From Thermoanaerobaculia bacterium (lineage in GTDB: Bacteria; Acidobacteriota; Thermoanaerobaculia; Gp7-AA8): DNA of 64,000 bases. A program made the translations under genes and the position numbers. The notes under the pieces were generated by a model, which did not search any database, was not told where the DNA came from, and saw only the letters and a list, made by a program, of their open reading frames with translations. The stretch covers positions 7,703 through 71,702 of the forward strand of contig DATKCA010000239.1 of NCBI GenBank assembly GCA_035544675.1. The letters run 5' to 3'. Below, piece after piece: positions 55,800 to 64,000 of the stretch (positions within the stretch are counted from its first letter, which is position 1; the number at the start of each line of letters is the position of its first letter).

Positions 55800-57481
55800 C
55801 ACTCGCCGTTGCGGGTCGTGGCGGTGGTCTGCGACTGAACGAGCGACGGCCGCGCTCCGGCCAGCCACCAGTCGAGCTCACCCGGCGTCCAGAGGAACAG
55901 CCCATAACCCCGTCCTACCCTTGCGTTGCGGACACGACGATTCATGACCCACTTCACGGTCGGCTGCACCGTCCAGGCGTAGGGCTGGTCTTCGGCCAGG
56001 ATGGCGTGGAGACGCCTGTACAGGTCCGCGCGTTTGCCGGCATCGAATTCATACCGGCCCTGCTCGATCAGCCGGTCCGCCTCTGGATTCGCATAGAACG
56101 TGAAATTGAAGCCGCGGGGCGGCGTCTGCGACGAATGGAAGAGCGCGAACGGATCGGGGTCCGGATCGAGATCCCACGAGAGATATGCGGCCTGGTAGTT
56201 CCCGGCCATGATCCTCTGCATCAGGGCGGCGAAGTCCACCACGGCGATCTCCATGCGGACACCGGCCTTCTTGAGGTCGGCCTGCATCATCTGCGCGATC
56301 GCCTGAGCGGTGGCGCTCCCCGTCGTGATCATGAGATCGAACGAGAGCGGCTTTCCGCCGCGATCGAGCACGCCGTCGCCGTTCGTATCGAGCCAGCCGA
56401 GAGATGTGAGCAGCTGCCGGGCCCCTTCGGGGTCGTACTCGACGGCGGGCACCGTCGGGTTGAAGCCATCCTGCCCGGGAAGGAAGTGGCCCGTCATGAC
56501 CCGTGCCGTGCCGCCGTAGAGACCGCTGATGATGTCGCGGACGTTGATGCACATGGCCAGGGCGCGGCGCATGCGCTTGTCGGAGAAGATCGGCTGGCGG
56601 CCATTCCAGGCGATGTAGTTGTAGGCTAGACCGTAGTACTCGACGAAGTTCAGCTTCTCCTGCAGACCGCTGTTTCCCCGCTCCCGCAACCACACGTCGG
56701 ATTGAACGTTCGTCTCGTCGAGCTGCCCGACCTTCGCGGCGTTCCAGGCCGTGGCGCCGCTCTGGATCACCTTGAAGTGAACGGTCTCGATGTACGGCTT
56801 CTGCGTCCAGTAGTTGTCCCTGCGCGCCAGCACGACTTCCGTCCCGGTGACGTATCGCGTGAGCACGTACGGGCCGCTGCCAACGGGCTTTGCGTTGTAG
56901 TCGGTGTTGAAGTTGCCCTTCGAGTAGACGTGCTCGGGCACGACCAGAAGATTCGTGAAGGAGAGCAGCTGAGAGGCCAGCGCCTCCCGGAATGCCACGA
57001 GGATGGTGTGCGGGCCGACCACGCGCGTGCGGGCCATGTCCAGCTGATCGAAGTACGGCGCCATCCCGTAGGCTTCCGATTGCGGCTCGACGATCTTCTG
57101 CAGCGTGAACAGCACGTCGTTGGCACGGACCGGCGTTCCGTCCGAGAACGTGGCTTTGGGATCGAGATAGAACGTGTAGTCGCGGCGGTCGGCCGAGATG
57201 TCCCATCGCCCGGCCAGCGCCGGCACCGGCTGCAGCTCGGCGGAGAGGTCGACCAGCGCAGTGAAGAGGTAACGGTGAACGTACGTGTCGTAGCGGCTGC
57301 CGACCAGCACGGGGTTGAGCGTGACGATGTCCGACTCGAGACGCCGGACCAGTGTTCCACCGAAGCGCGGCGGGGAGGTCTCCGGCTCCGCGGAGCCGGC
57401 GGGCGACCCGGCTTCCCGCGCGCACGCGCCGAGCAGGAGGAGCACCACCAGAAGAACGCGGGTATCGGAGTGGCGCTTCAC
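55799..57481 (-). CDS. ABC transporter substrate-binding lipoprotein, family 5 (peptide/nickel type)
   Basis: SBP_bac_5 features. GTG start gives the lipoprotein signal MKRHSDTRVLLVVLLLLGAC. The 38 upstream codons of the ORF are a translated family-B element. Confidence 0.8.
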   Translation of the reverse strand: MKRHSDTRVLLVVLLLLGACAREAGSPAGSAEPETSPPRFGGTLVRRLESDIVTLNPVLVGSRYDTYVHRYLFTALVDLSAELQPVPALAGRWDISADRRDYTFYLDPKATFSDGTPVRANDVLFTLQKIVEPQSEAYGMAPYFDQLDMARTRVVGPHTILVAFREALASQLLSFTNLLVVPEHVYSKGNFNTDYNAKPVGSGPYVLTRYVTGTEVVLARRDNYWTQKPYIETVHFKVIQSGATAWNAAKVGQLDETNVQSDVWLRERGNSGLQEKLNFVEYYGLAYNYIAWNGRQPIFSDKRMRRALAMCINVRDIISGLYGGTARVMTGHFLPGQDGFNPTVPAVEYDPEGARQLLTSLGWLDTNGDGVLDRGGKPLSFDLMITTGSATAQAIAQMMQADLKKAGVRMEIAVVDFAALMQRIMAGNYQAAYLSWDLDPDPDPFALFHSSQTPPRGFNFTFYANPEADRLIEQGRYEFDAGKRADLYRRLHAILAEDQPYAWTVQPTVKWVMNRRVRNARVGRGYGLFLWTPGELDWWLAGARPSLVQSQTTATTRNGE

Positions 57482-57491
57482 GAACTGATTA

Positions 57492-57612
57492 TAGATGGAG
57501 CGCGGGTGTCCCACCGCCGCCGCGCCCACATCCCGAAATGGAGCGCGGGTGTCCTCACCCGCGCCCGGGCGGCGGTGAGGACACCGCCGCTCCATTCCGC
57601 GGCGGGTGTCCT
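57492..57612. repeat. Composite family-B palindromic element (two direct ATGGAGCGCGGGTGTCC units plus an inverted copy)
   Basis: ATGGAGCGCGGGTGTCCCACC...ATGGAGCGCGGGTGTCCTCACCCGCGC...GGTGAGGACACCGCCGCTCCAT...GGGTGTCC. Confidence 0.75.
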
Positions 57613-59776
57613 ACCGGACCGAGATCGACTGCGTCGCGACGTTGTAGAACGCGTCGACGGCGCGCACGATCACGAACCGACCCGTCACCGCAGACTTCGG
57701 AATCCGGAACGTCTCCTCCGAGGAGTCGGCGATCCCGTCGACCGGCGTCAGCCGGATCCACTTCTCGGCGTCCGCCGAATATTCGACCCGGCTAATGGGC
57801 GACATCCGATCCGTCACGCGGACGACGACGTCGGCGCCGTCAGGAGCCGATGTGATCGTCGGCGGGCTGTTGTCGATCTGAAATTCGATTCCGTCCTTGC
57901 TCGTCTCGAGCGGCATGTCCGGGTTGTCGGCCGCATCCGTCGCCGTGACGCGGATCTCGTAGGTCCCGTCCGGCAGCTGCGAGGTATCGAAGTTGAGCTG
58001 GTTCTCGCTGATGTTCTCGCGCAGCCGCAGCCAGCGATTGCTTCCCTTCTCCCGGAACGAGACGGTATACCGAAGGCTGTCGCCGTTGTCGTCGCGCGCC
58101 CGCCACATGATGGTGCGATAGCCTTTGCGGAACATTCTCTTGCCGGGATCGCTCCTCTCACGCGCCGCGTCGAGACTGGAGAAGATGCCGTATTCGTCCG
58201 GGTTGGTGGCCTCGACGACCTGCGGCGAAGCCGGATAGCCGGCGCTGATGAACACCACGGCCGGATCCTGAACGGAGATCGCCTCGATCACCGGCGCGAC
58301 GTTGCGGTTCACGTATGCGATCGTCACGCCGTCGATGACGAAGTCGGCCGGGCCCCGGGCCGTGGTCAGCTTCCACTGCAGATACCGCCCGGCCGGCGCG
58401 GCCACCGGCCCTTCCGTCGTGGTCGAGGGCGCGGTCCACGCGCTCCAGGTCGCGTCCGGGTCGCGGGTGTTCCCGCTGCGGAAGGCCACTGCCACGGCGC
58501 CGGAATTCAGCCCTTTGCCCTGAAGTCGATACGTGCCGAAACGAGAGAAGCGCTCCACATCCTTGGCCGCGGAGCGAAACTCGCCCCGCGTGGACAGCGC
58601 CTTGTCGAGTCGATAGACGGCCCCGCTGTTCGTGGTCGTGACGACCGTGCTGCCGGCGTTGTTGCTAATGGACACGACCTGCTTCTCCGGGACGTTTGCG
58701 ATGAGCGAAGCCTCACCGTCCCGGACCTCGTAGATGCGTCCCTGCGGTCCTGTCGACAGAAGGATGGCACCCTCTCCACCGCTGCTGATCGCGTACACCA
58801 TCTCGCGGTCGAACTTGCGGATGACCTCCACGAAGTCGTCGGAGTTGATGCGGTACAGCTCACCGGTTCCCGCCGCCTGCGGTCCCGGCGCCGCGAACGA
58901 GAAGCTCACCTCCACGTTCGAAGAGGGCTCGTCCTTCCTGGCCTCCGACGATTGCGCCGACCCCGACTGCTGCTGTTGCTGTTGCTGCTGCGCGGGCTTC
59001 GGCTGCGCCTTCGGCGCCGACGAGGGCAACACGTTGCTCACTCCGGCGGCCCATCCCGTCCCGCTGCTGTCGACATAGATCGAGGAGATCTCGTTGAGCT
59101 CGGAGTCGTACAGCGCGTGCGCGGAACCGTCCGCCGCAACGGCGTAGATGCGACCCTTGCCGCTCGCTCCGGCCAGTAGAGTGCCGTTCGAGCGCAGAGC
59201 CATCGTGCGCAGGTGCGTGTCGGGCGAGTCGAACCAGACTTTCCCCTGCCCCGACGCCGTGACGCGGAAGAGCTTTCCGTCCACGCCGGTGGCGACCGCC
59301 AGATCGCCGTTCGGCAGAAACAGCAACGACCAGATGTAGGCCTGTTCCGGATCGAAGAACGTCGTCGCTTTGCCGCTGTCGGGATCGACTCGATAGACCT
59401 TGCCGTTCGGCGAGGTGCCGACATAGAGCGCTCCGTTTCGGAACGCGATCGCGTAAACCTCGGGCTCGGGCGCGGTGTAAACCGGCTTGAGGTCGGTGCC
59501 GCGGAGGCGGTAGACCTTGCCGTCGTTTCCCGTGCCGAAGAAGTAGTCGCCGTTCGGCGCGGCGATCTGCGAGAGAACGAACGGGTCGTTGAACGACGCG
59601 ATCTTGCGGACCGCCGGCGCTGCGCGCAGCTCTCCGCGCGTGGTGACGGCAAACCCCTCGATCTCACCGGTCAGGAACTCTTCGGCCGAACGGATCCGCC
59701 AGAACTGAGGAGCGACGGCCAGGGCGCTCGAGGCAACGAACAGACTCAGCAGCAACAGGACAGAAAAGCGGCGCAT
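57611..59776 (-). CDS. Periplasmic beta-propeller protein with two Reg_prop-like repeat blocks, a poly-Q linker and a C-terminal Y_Y_Y-like domain (no kinase domain)
   Basis: Signal peptide MRRFSVLLLLSLFVASSALA. Repeated G..GKVYR(V/L) blades. Linker PKAQPKPAQQQQQQQQSGS. C-terminal W..LR......LNFDTSQLPDGTYEIRVTATDAADN matches the Y_Y_Y pattern. ATG with a GGAAGGA RBS. Confidence 0.65.
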   Translation of the reverse strand: MRRFSVLLLLSLFVASSALAVAPQFWRIRSAEEFLTGEIEGFAVTTRGELRAAPAVRKIASFNDPFVLSQIAAPNGDYFFGTGNDGKVYRLRGTDLKPVYTAPEPEVYAIAFRNGALYVGTSPNGKVYRVDPDSGKATTFFDPEQAYIWSLLFLPNGDLAVATGVDGKLFRVTASGQGKVWFDSPDTHLRTMALRSNGTLLAGASGKGRIYAVAADGSAHALYDSELNEISSIYVDSSGTGWAAGVSNVLPSSAPKAQPKPAQQQQQQQQSGSAQSSEARKDEPSSNVEVSFSFAAPGPQAAGTGELYRINSDDFVEVIRKFDREMVYAISSGGEGAILLSTGPQGRIYEVRDGEASLIANVPEKQVVSISNNAGSTVVTTTNSGAVYRLDKALSTRGEFRSAAKDVERFSRFGTYRLQGKGLNSGAVAVAFRSGNTRDPDATWSAWTAPSTTTEGPVAAPAGRYLQWKLTTARGPADFVIDGVTIAYVNRNVAPVIEAISVQDPAVVFISAGYPASPQVVEATNPDEYGIFSSLDAARERSDPGKRMFRKGYRTIMWRARDDNGDSLRYTVSFREKGSNRWLRLRENISENQLNFDTSQLPDGTYEIRVTATDAADNPDMPLETSKDGIEFQIDNSPPTITSAPDGADVVVRVTDRMSPISRVEYSADAEKWIRLTPVDGIADSSEETFRIPKSAVTGRFVIVRAVDAFYNVATQSISVR

Positions 59777-59813
59777 GGGTTTCCTTCCCGAGAACGAAGT
59801 GCGGCGTGTCAAA

Positions 59814-61640
59814 TCAGATCGATGGGCGGATCGGCACGTCGATCCTCACAGCTCCGTCGATGATGTAACCGAGGGAGCGGGCATCGCGGGCCGCGGCATG
59901 ATAGCGGACGGGTGCCTTGGCACGGTTCGACGTGTCGTCGCTCACGACCGCCCGGATCGAGGGCGGCAGGTTCGGCAGATACACTCCGGCGGTGACTGCG
60001 CCCTCGCTCGTCGAGTAGAGGCCCACGGTCAGATCCGTCGACGGACGGAGCCGCCGGAGGACGCCCAGGACCTGCTCGAGGGTGCGGGGATCGGGTGGAA
60101 CGAGAGTGAAGTCGATCTGATTGGCGATCGAGCCGCTGCCCACCATCAGGTAAGAGCTGCCCGGCGGCTGATCATCGGGGATCTTCACTTCGAACGTCTC
60201 GACGAACGCCTCGCCGCGATACGGCTTGAGCAGCGTGCGCACGCGCACGGTATCGCCGGGCGAGATGCGACCGTCTGCCGGCGGCTCCAGGGTCGCTTCC
60301 ACGAGCCTGGCGATCCTGAGCTCATCGTCGTGCCGCAGATGAACGGTGACGCTCTCGATCTCGGCGTCGCTGAACTCATTCGAGATCAGGTAGCCGGAGA
60401 TCACGGCCAGGTACGCCGGGATGGCCTGGCGAGCCTGCGCTCCGGCCCATCCCTCGCGAAGCCGGATCGGCTCGTAGCCTTTGAGCTTGATCTCGGAGTC
60501 GAGGACGACGGTGCGCTCGCCCGCCGCCCGCTGCGCGTTGGCGACCACGCTGTCCGCGGCCATCGCCAGCATGAGCGGCGAGAGCTGCGGATGGCGGACG
60601 ACATTGACGTGATAGGTCTTGGCCGGTCCGGTGCCGCTCAGCGTGAGCTCGACCGGAATCATCGGCGCGCTCTCGCCGAGGTAGCCCATGATGCCGGGTG
60701 CGCGATCCTGGCGGAGGGCGCCGACGATCTTTCCCGTGTTCGCGAACTTGAACGAGGTTGCCAGGCTGGGCATGAAGCCGATCACTTCCGCCTGCGCCAT
60801 CGGGAAGCTGATCTCGCCCATGTCGAGGAACGGGTGCCCGAATGCATAAACGCGGCTGCCTTCGACGTGGGTGACGGTCCCGGTCGCGGCAACATTGAAG
60901 GCGCCGTTCAGAAGAACGGCTCCGATCGGGTCACCGGGGGCGAACTGCTGCGCGTCGCTGGAGGTGCCGCCGCTCGCCGCCGCTCCGCTCGTGGCCGAGC
61001 CCGTGGGAACGGCGACGAAATTCATCGCGTCCAGATACTTGCCGAAGCGGGCGATCGTCTCCGGCGCGAAACTGGAGAGCGACATCGGCAGCGCGATCCG
61101 CTTCGCTCCGCCGATCGAGCTGACCTGCTGCGCGGAGAAGTCGCTCATCAGCCTCTCGAATACGGTCTCGGACTTGTGGTTCGCGATCGTGTCGAGAAAC
61201 TCGGCCCCTGACATCCGCGGCGCCGCCGCGGCCAGGGCCTTTCCGCCGCCACCGGCCTGGGCGATCTTCAGCATCTCGTCGATCGGGGTAATGCCGACCA
61301 TCGGCTCCTTCGCGAACTGCCATGAGTAAGCCAGAGCGCCGATGACCCTGCCGTCGATCATGATCGGCGATCCGCTCATCCCCTGCATGACACCGGTGCG
61401 CCGGATGATCGGCGCGTCGATGCGCGCCAGGATCAGGTCCTGTCCCGGCCCGATCTGGTTCAGAACGCCGATGATCTCGACGTCGAACCTCTCGACCTTG
61501 TTACCCTCGAACACCGTGAGGCCATACCCCTTCATCCCCTTTTTGACCTCGGAGATGGGCATCGTCCCGGCAGCATTCGCCGTGGCAACTGCGCTGAGCA
61601 GCAGGAGGAGAAACGCTAGTGTTCGGCAGGGATTGCGCAC
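59814..61640 (-). CDS. Secreted SpoIVB-like serine peptidase (MEROPS S55 domain) with a large C-terminal region
   Basis: Catalytic-serine motif RTGVMQGMSGSPIMIDGRVIGAL closely matches the SpoIVB GMSGSP active site. GTG start gives the signal peptide MRNPCRTLAFLLLLLSAVATANAAG; the maximal ORF starts at TTG 61727. Confidence 0.7.
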   Translation of the reverse strand: MRNPCRTLAFLLLLLSAVATANAAGTMPISEVKKGMKGYGLTVFEGNKVERFDVEIIGVLNQIGPGQDLILARIDAPIIRRTGVMQGMSGSPIMIDGRVIGALAYSWQFAKEPMVGITPIDEMLKIAQAGGGGKALAAAAPRMSGAEFLDTIANHKSETVFERLMSDFSAQQVSSIGGAKRIALPMSLSSFAPETIARFGKYLDAMNFVAVPTGSATSGAAASGGTSSDAQQFAPGDPIGAVLLNGAFNVAATGTVTHVEGSRVYAFGHPFLDMGEISFPMAQAEVIGFMPSLATSFKFANTGKIVGALRQDRAPGIMGYLGESAPMIPVELTLSGTGPAKTYHVNVVRHPQLSPLMLAMAADSVVANAQRAAGERTVVLDSEIKLKGYEPIRLREGWAGAQARQAIPAYLAVISGYLISNEFSDAEIESVTVHLRHDDELRIARLVEATLEPPADGRISPGDTVRVRTLLKPYRGEAFVETFEVKIPDDQPPGSSYLMVGSGSIANQIDFTLVPPDPRTLEQVLGVLRRLRPSTDLTVGLYSTSEGAVTAGVYLPNLPPSIRAVVSDDTSNRAKAPVRYHAAARDARSLGYIIDGAVRIDVPIRPSI

Positions 61641-61747
61641 GTGCGAGGTAACACTCCTTATCCTGACTGCATTTCGACGGCCATGCCAGTCTTTCGTCAC
61701 GGGACGCCCCGCCCGGCGACCGGCCAATGTTGGCGCCTCCTCCGAAC

Positions 61748-62443
61748 TCAGTCTTTGACACGCCCGTCGCGGATGTGAATGACCCTGCGGGCCTCGCGGG
61801 CGACGTCGTCTTCGTGCGTGACGATGATGATGGAGTTGCCGCGGGTATGCAGCTCCCGGAACAGATCGAGGATCTCCCGGCCGGTCTGGGAATCGAGGTT
61901 GCCGGTCGGCTCGTCGGCCAGGAGCAGCGAGGGGCCGTTGACCAGGGCGCGGGCGATGGCCACGCGCTGGCGCTGGCCGCCGGAAAGCTCGTTGGGCTGA
62001 TGGCTCATCCTGTCCGCCAGCCCCACCGCCGTCAGCGCCTCCTCGGCCAGCTCCCTTCTCCGGGCTCGAGGGATCTTCGCGTAGATCAGCGGCAGCTCCA
62101 CGTTCTGGAGCGCGGTGGTGCGGGCCAGGAGGTTGAACGTCTGGAAGATGAAGCCGATTTTCTTGTTCCGGACCGCGGCCAGCTCGTCGTCGTTCATCGT
62201 CTCCACCGGGACCCCGTCCAGCAGGTAGCGGCCGGATGAGGGCGTATCGAGGCAGCCGATGATGTTCATGAGCGTCGACTTGCCCGATCCGGACGGGCCC
62301 ATGATGGCCACGTATTCGCCCTGCTCGATGATGAGGTCGACGCCGCGGAGCGCGTAAATCTCCTGAGGACCGAGTTGATACACGCGCGTCAGCTCGTGCA
62401 TCTCGATGAGATGGGCGGTTTCAGGCATCGGCAGTGCGCTCAT
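61748..62443 (-). CDS. ABC transporter ATP-binding protein, MacB/LolD/FtsE-like
   Basis: [30 protein letters not shown] and [11 protein letters not shown] motifs; an alternative start lies at 62401. Confidence 0.85.
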   Translation of the reverse strand: MSALPMPETAHLIEMHELTRVYQLGPQEIYALRGVDLIIEQGEYVAIMGPSGSGKSTLMNIIGCLDTPSSGRYLLDGVPVETMNDDELAAVRNKKIGFIFQTFNLLARTTALQNVELPLIYAKIPRARRRELAEEALTAVGLADRMSHQPNELSGGQRQRVAIARALVNGPSLLLADEPTGNLDSQTGREILDLFRELHTRGNSIIIVTHEDDVAREARRVIHIRDGRVKD

Positions 62444-62494
62444 TCGTCATTCCCTTTCCGATGATTACGAATGCAGCTCGCGGAAGGTTCTTGC

Positions 62495-63256
62495 TCACGC
62501 CGCTCCGGACTGCATCGAGCCGATGTACGCGAAGCCGAGCTTGAACACCAGCACCACGGCCCAGAGCGTGATCACGATGGCGGCCGACCGGGCCCTGCTG
62601 ACCCGGCCGACGTACGAGAACCCGATGCTGAACAGCGCCAGCGACCAGGCCGTGAAGATGTCGATCGCCGACAGCAGCGTAAAGAGGATGCGCTGTTCGC
62701 GCGGATCGGCCAGGAATCCGAGGTTCGATCGAACCAGCGTCGGAATCATGTCGGGAGCGATGGTCTGGCGCGTGAACATGATGATGGTCGCGATCACGCC
62801 GACGATGACAAAGGGCATCCAGGCGTGAAGGGTGACCGAGAACGCTTCCTTGTATGTGCCCTCCCCTCCCATGAGCCGGAAGGCGAGCAGGAGGACCCCG
62901 GCGATGATGGCCAGGGTGATGATGCTGAAGACCGGCGTGGCATAGCCCATGGCCTTGCTGAAGGCGCCGCCGAAGCGGATGACGCGATCCATGTCCGCCT
63001 CGGACATCTGCCGTCCCTGCTGCGCCATCTGCTCGCGCATCATCGACTCGAAGTCGAGCTTCGGGACGAAGATGATCGCCGAGATGAGCGCGCTGATCAG
63101 GATCAGCAGGAGCGGAGCGAGGATGTTCGGCCGGCGGACGATGTCCTCAAACGTCTCGGCGGGGGCGAACAGCACCCCCGCCATCCGGTCAAACGCGCTT
63201 TTTGTCGAAGGTGGAACCGCTGGTGACTGAGGGACCTCGCCTGGCGAGTCTGTCAT
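62495..63256 (-). CDS. Yip1-domain-like polytopic membrane protein
   Basis: Five predicted TM helices after a hydrophilic N-terminus; ATGA overlap with the upstream TolC-family gene. Confidence 0.5.
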   Translation of the reverse strand: MTDSPGEVPQSPAVPPSTKSAFDRMAGVLFAPAETFEDIVRRPNILAPLLLILISALISAIIFVPKLDFESMMREQMAQQGRQMSEADMDRVIRFGGAFSKAMGYATPVFSIITLAIIAGVLLLAFRLMGGEGTYKEAFSVTLHAWMPFVIVGVIATIIMFTRQTIAPDMIPTLVRSNLGFLADPREQRILFTLLSAIDIFTAWSLALFSIGFSYVGRVSRARSAAIVITLWAVVLVFKLGFAYIGSMQSGAA

Positions 63257-64000
63257 CTCCGATTTTCCTCGTCGTCGTTCACGCGGCCGTAATTGAGCCA
63301 ATTGTAACGGTCCAGCTGCGTAAAGACGCGAGGTTCGGGCGAGAGCTCCGGCTCGTCGATCTGAATGTTGTGAACGTCGAGGATGTCGCCGACCTGGCGA
63401 TGGTACGTGGCCACGGCCTGGTTGTAGCCGACCAGGGCCTGCAGCTCGCGGACACGCGCGTCGGAGAGCTGCTGCTGGATCTGGAGAACCTGGAAGTTCG
63501 TGGTCATGCCGTTTTCGTAGCGCCGGCGCTCGGCCTCGAGGTTGCGCTCGGCGGCATCCCTCGCGGTCCGCGTGGCAGTGATGAGGCTGGCCGCGGTGCT
63601 GACGGCGCGCGCGGCGGTGCGGACGTCGAGCATGATGTCCTGGCGGATCTGCTCCTGATCGAGGCGCGACGCATCGCGATCGAGCTGCGCGCGCCGGCGC
63701 GCGGCGCGCGCACCGATGTTCGACAGCGGCACGCCGGCGTTGACGGCGAATGTCCAGCTGGGAAAGTCGTTGCCGAACACTTCCCGGAGGGCCGGGGTGA
63801 GCCGGCTGGTGAGAATGGGCTGGCCGGTGACCGGATCGAAGTCGGTCTCGACGCCCGAGCCGGCCGCGCGATAGCTCACGTTGAAGTCGAGCTGCGGAAG
63901 GACCTGATTGCGGGCGAAGAGGTACTGCACTTCGCGTGACTCGGTCGTGAGCTGCGCCTGACGCAGCTCCGGGCGCAGCTCGAATGCCCGCGCCACGGCG
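63253..64000 (-). CDS. TolC-family outer-membrane efflux protein (3' portion; gene continues beyond the window end)
   Basis: Outer-membrane-factor C-terminal repeat pattern (YENGMTTNFQVLQIQQQLSDARVRELQALVGYNQAVATYHRQVGDIL); the ORF is open to the window edge. Confidence 0.7.
   Translation of the reverse strand, partial: AVARAFELRPELRQAQLTTESREVQYLFARNQVLPQLDFNVSYRAAGSGVETDFDPVTGQPILTSRLTPALREVFGNDFPSWTFAVNAGVPLSNIGARAARRRAQLDRDASRLDQEQIRQDIMLDVRTAARAVSTAASLITATRTARDAAERNLEAERRRYENGMTTNFQVLQIQQQLSDARVRELQALVGYNQAVATYHRQVGDILDVHNIQIDEPELSPEPRVFTQLDRYNWLNYGRVNDDEENRR

Overview
High-GC bacterial chromosomal window, densely coding and mostly on the + strand, with core housekeeping and cell-envelope genes. 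Gene content (HprK next to rpoN/hpf, fused Lpt components, SpoIVB-like S55 protease) suggests a Gram-negative lineage such as Acidobacteriota or Gemmatimonadota; this is a low-confidence guess. In order the window carries: a SPOR protein, a DUF4126 membrane protein, RNase P RNA (rnpB), ldcA, a cNMP-binding/FHA protein, recG, trpS, scpA, scpB, rluB, cmk, rpsA, sppA, an HU/IHF-like protein, a HIT hydrolase, lpxB, msbA, a DUF374 acyltransferase, yicC, gmk, rpoZ, coaBC, a family-4 UDG, priA, accA, recJ, a large LptC/LptA-like protein, lptB, rpoN, hpf, hprK, a propeller lipoprotein, rapZ, a mannose-family EIIA, ptsH, ptsI, a cupin, miaB, a BFN-domain protein, parA, parB, a fused lptF/lptG, pckA (-), panE, kdsD, a LolA-like protein, yajQ, a polyprenyl synthase, coaD, a dpp-like SBP plus two permeases (-), an S55 protease with a Reg_prop/Y_Y_Y propeller protein (-), a MacB/LolD-type ABC ATPase, a Yip1-like membrane protein and the 3' part of a TolC-family gene (-). 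No transposase, integrase, CRISPR array or recognisable defence genes were found. The most unusual content is non-genic. (1) A family of palindromic elements built from tandem heptamer units (GGTAACC/GGAAACC, AAGGATG, CCTTAGT, GGCCTTA, CCTCAGG) sits after many stop codons. (2) Two GGAGCGC-core palindromic families occur, several copies lying in-frame inside coding sequences (an unambiguous case is an insertion in the msbA TMD-NBD linker), comparable to the translated palindromic elements described in Rickettsia. (3) An A10 homopolymer inside the DUF374 acyltransferase gene needs a -1 shift on an A_AAA_AAA/AAG slippery site to give the conserved C-terminus. All coordinates are hand-derived and may be off by ±1.
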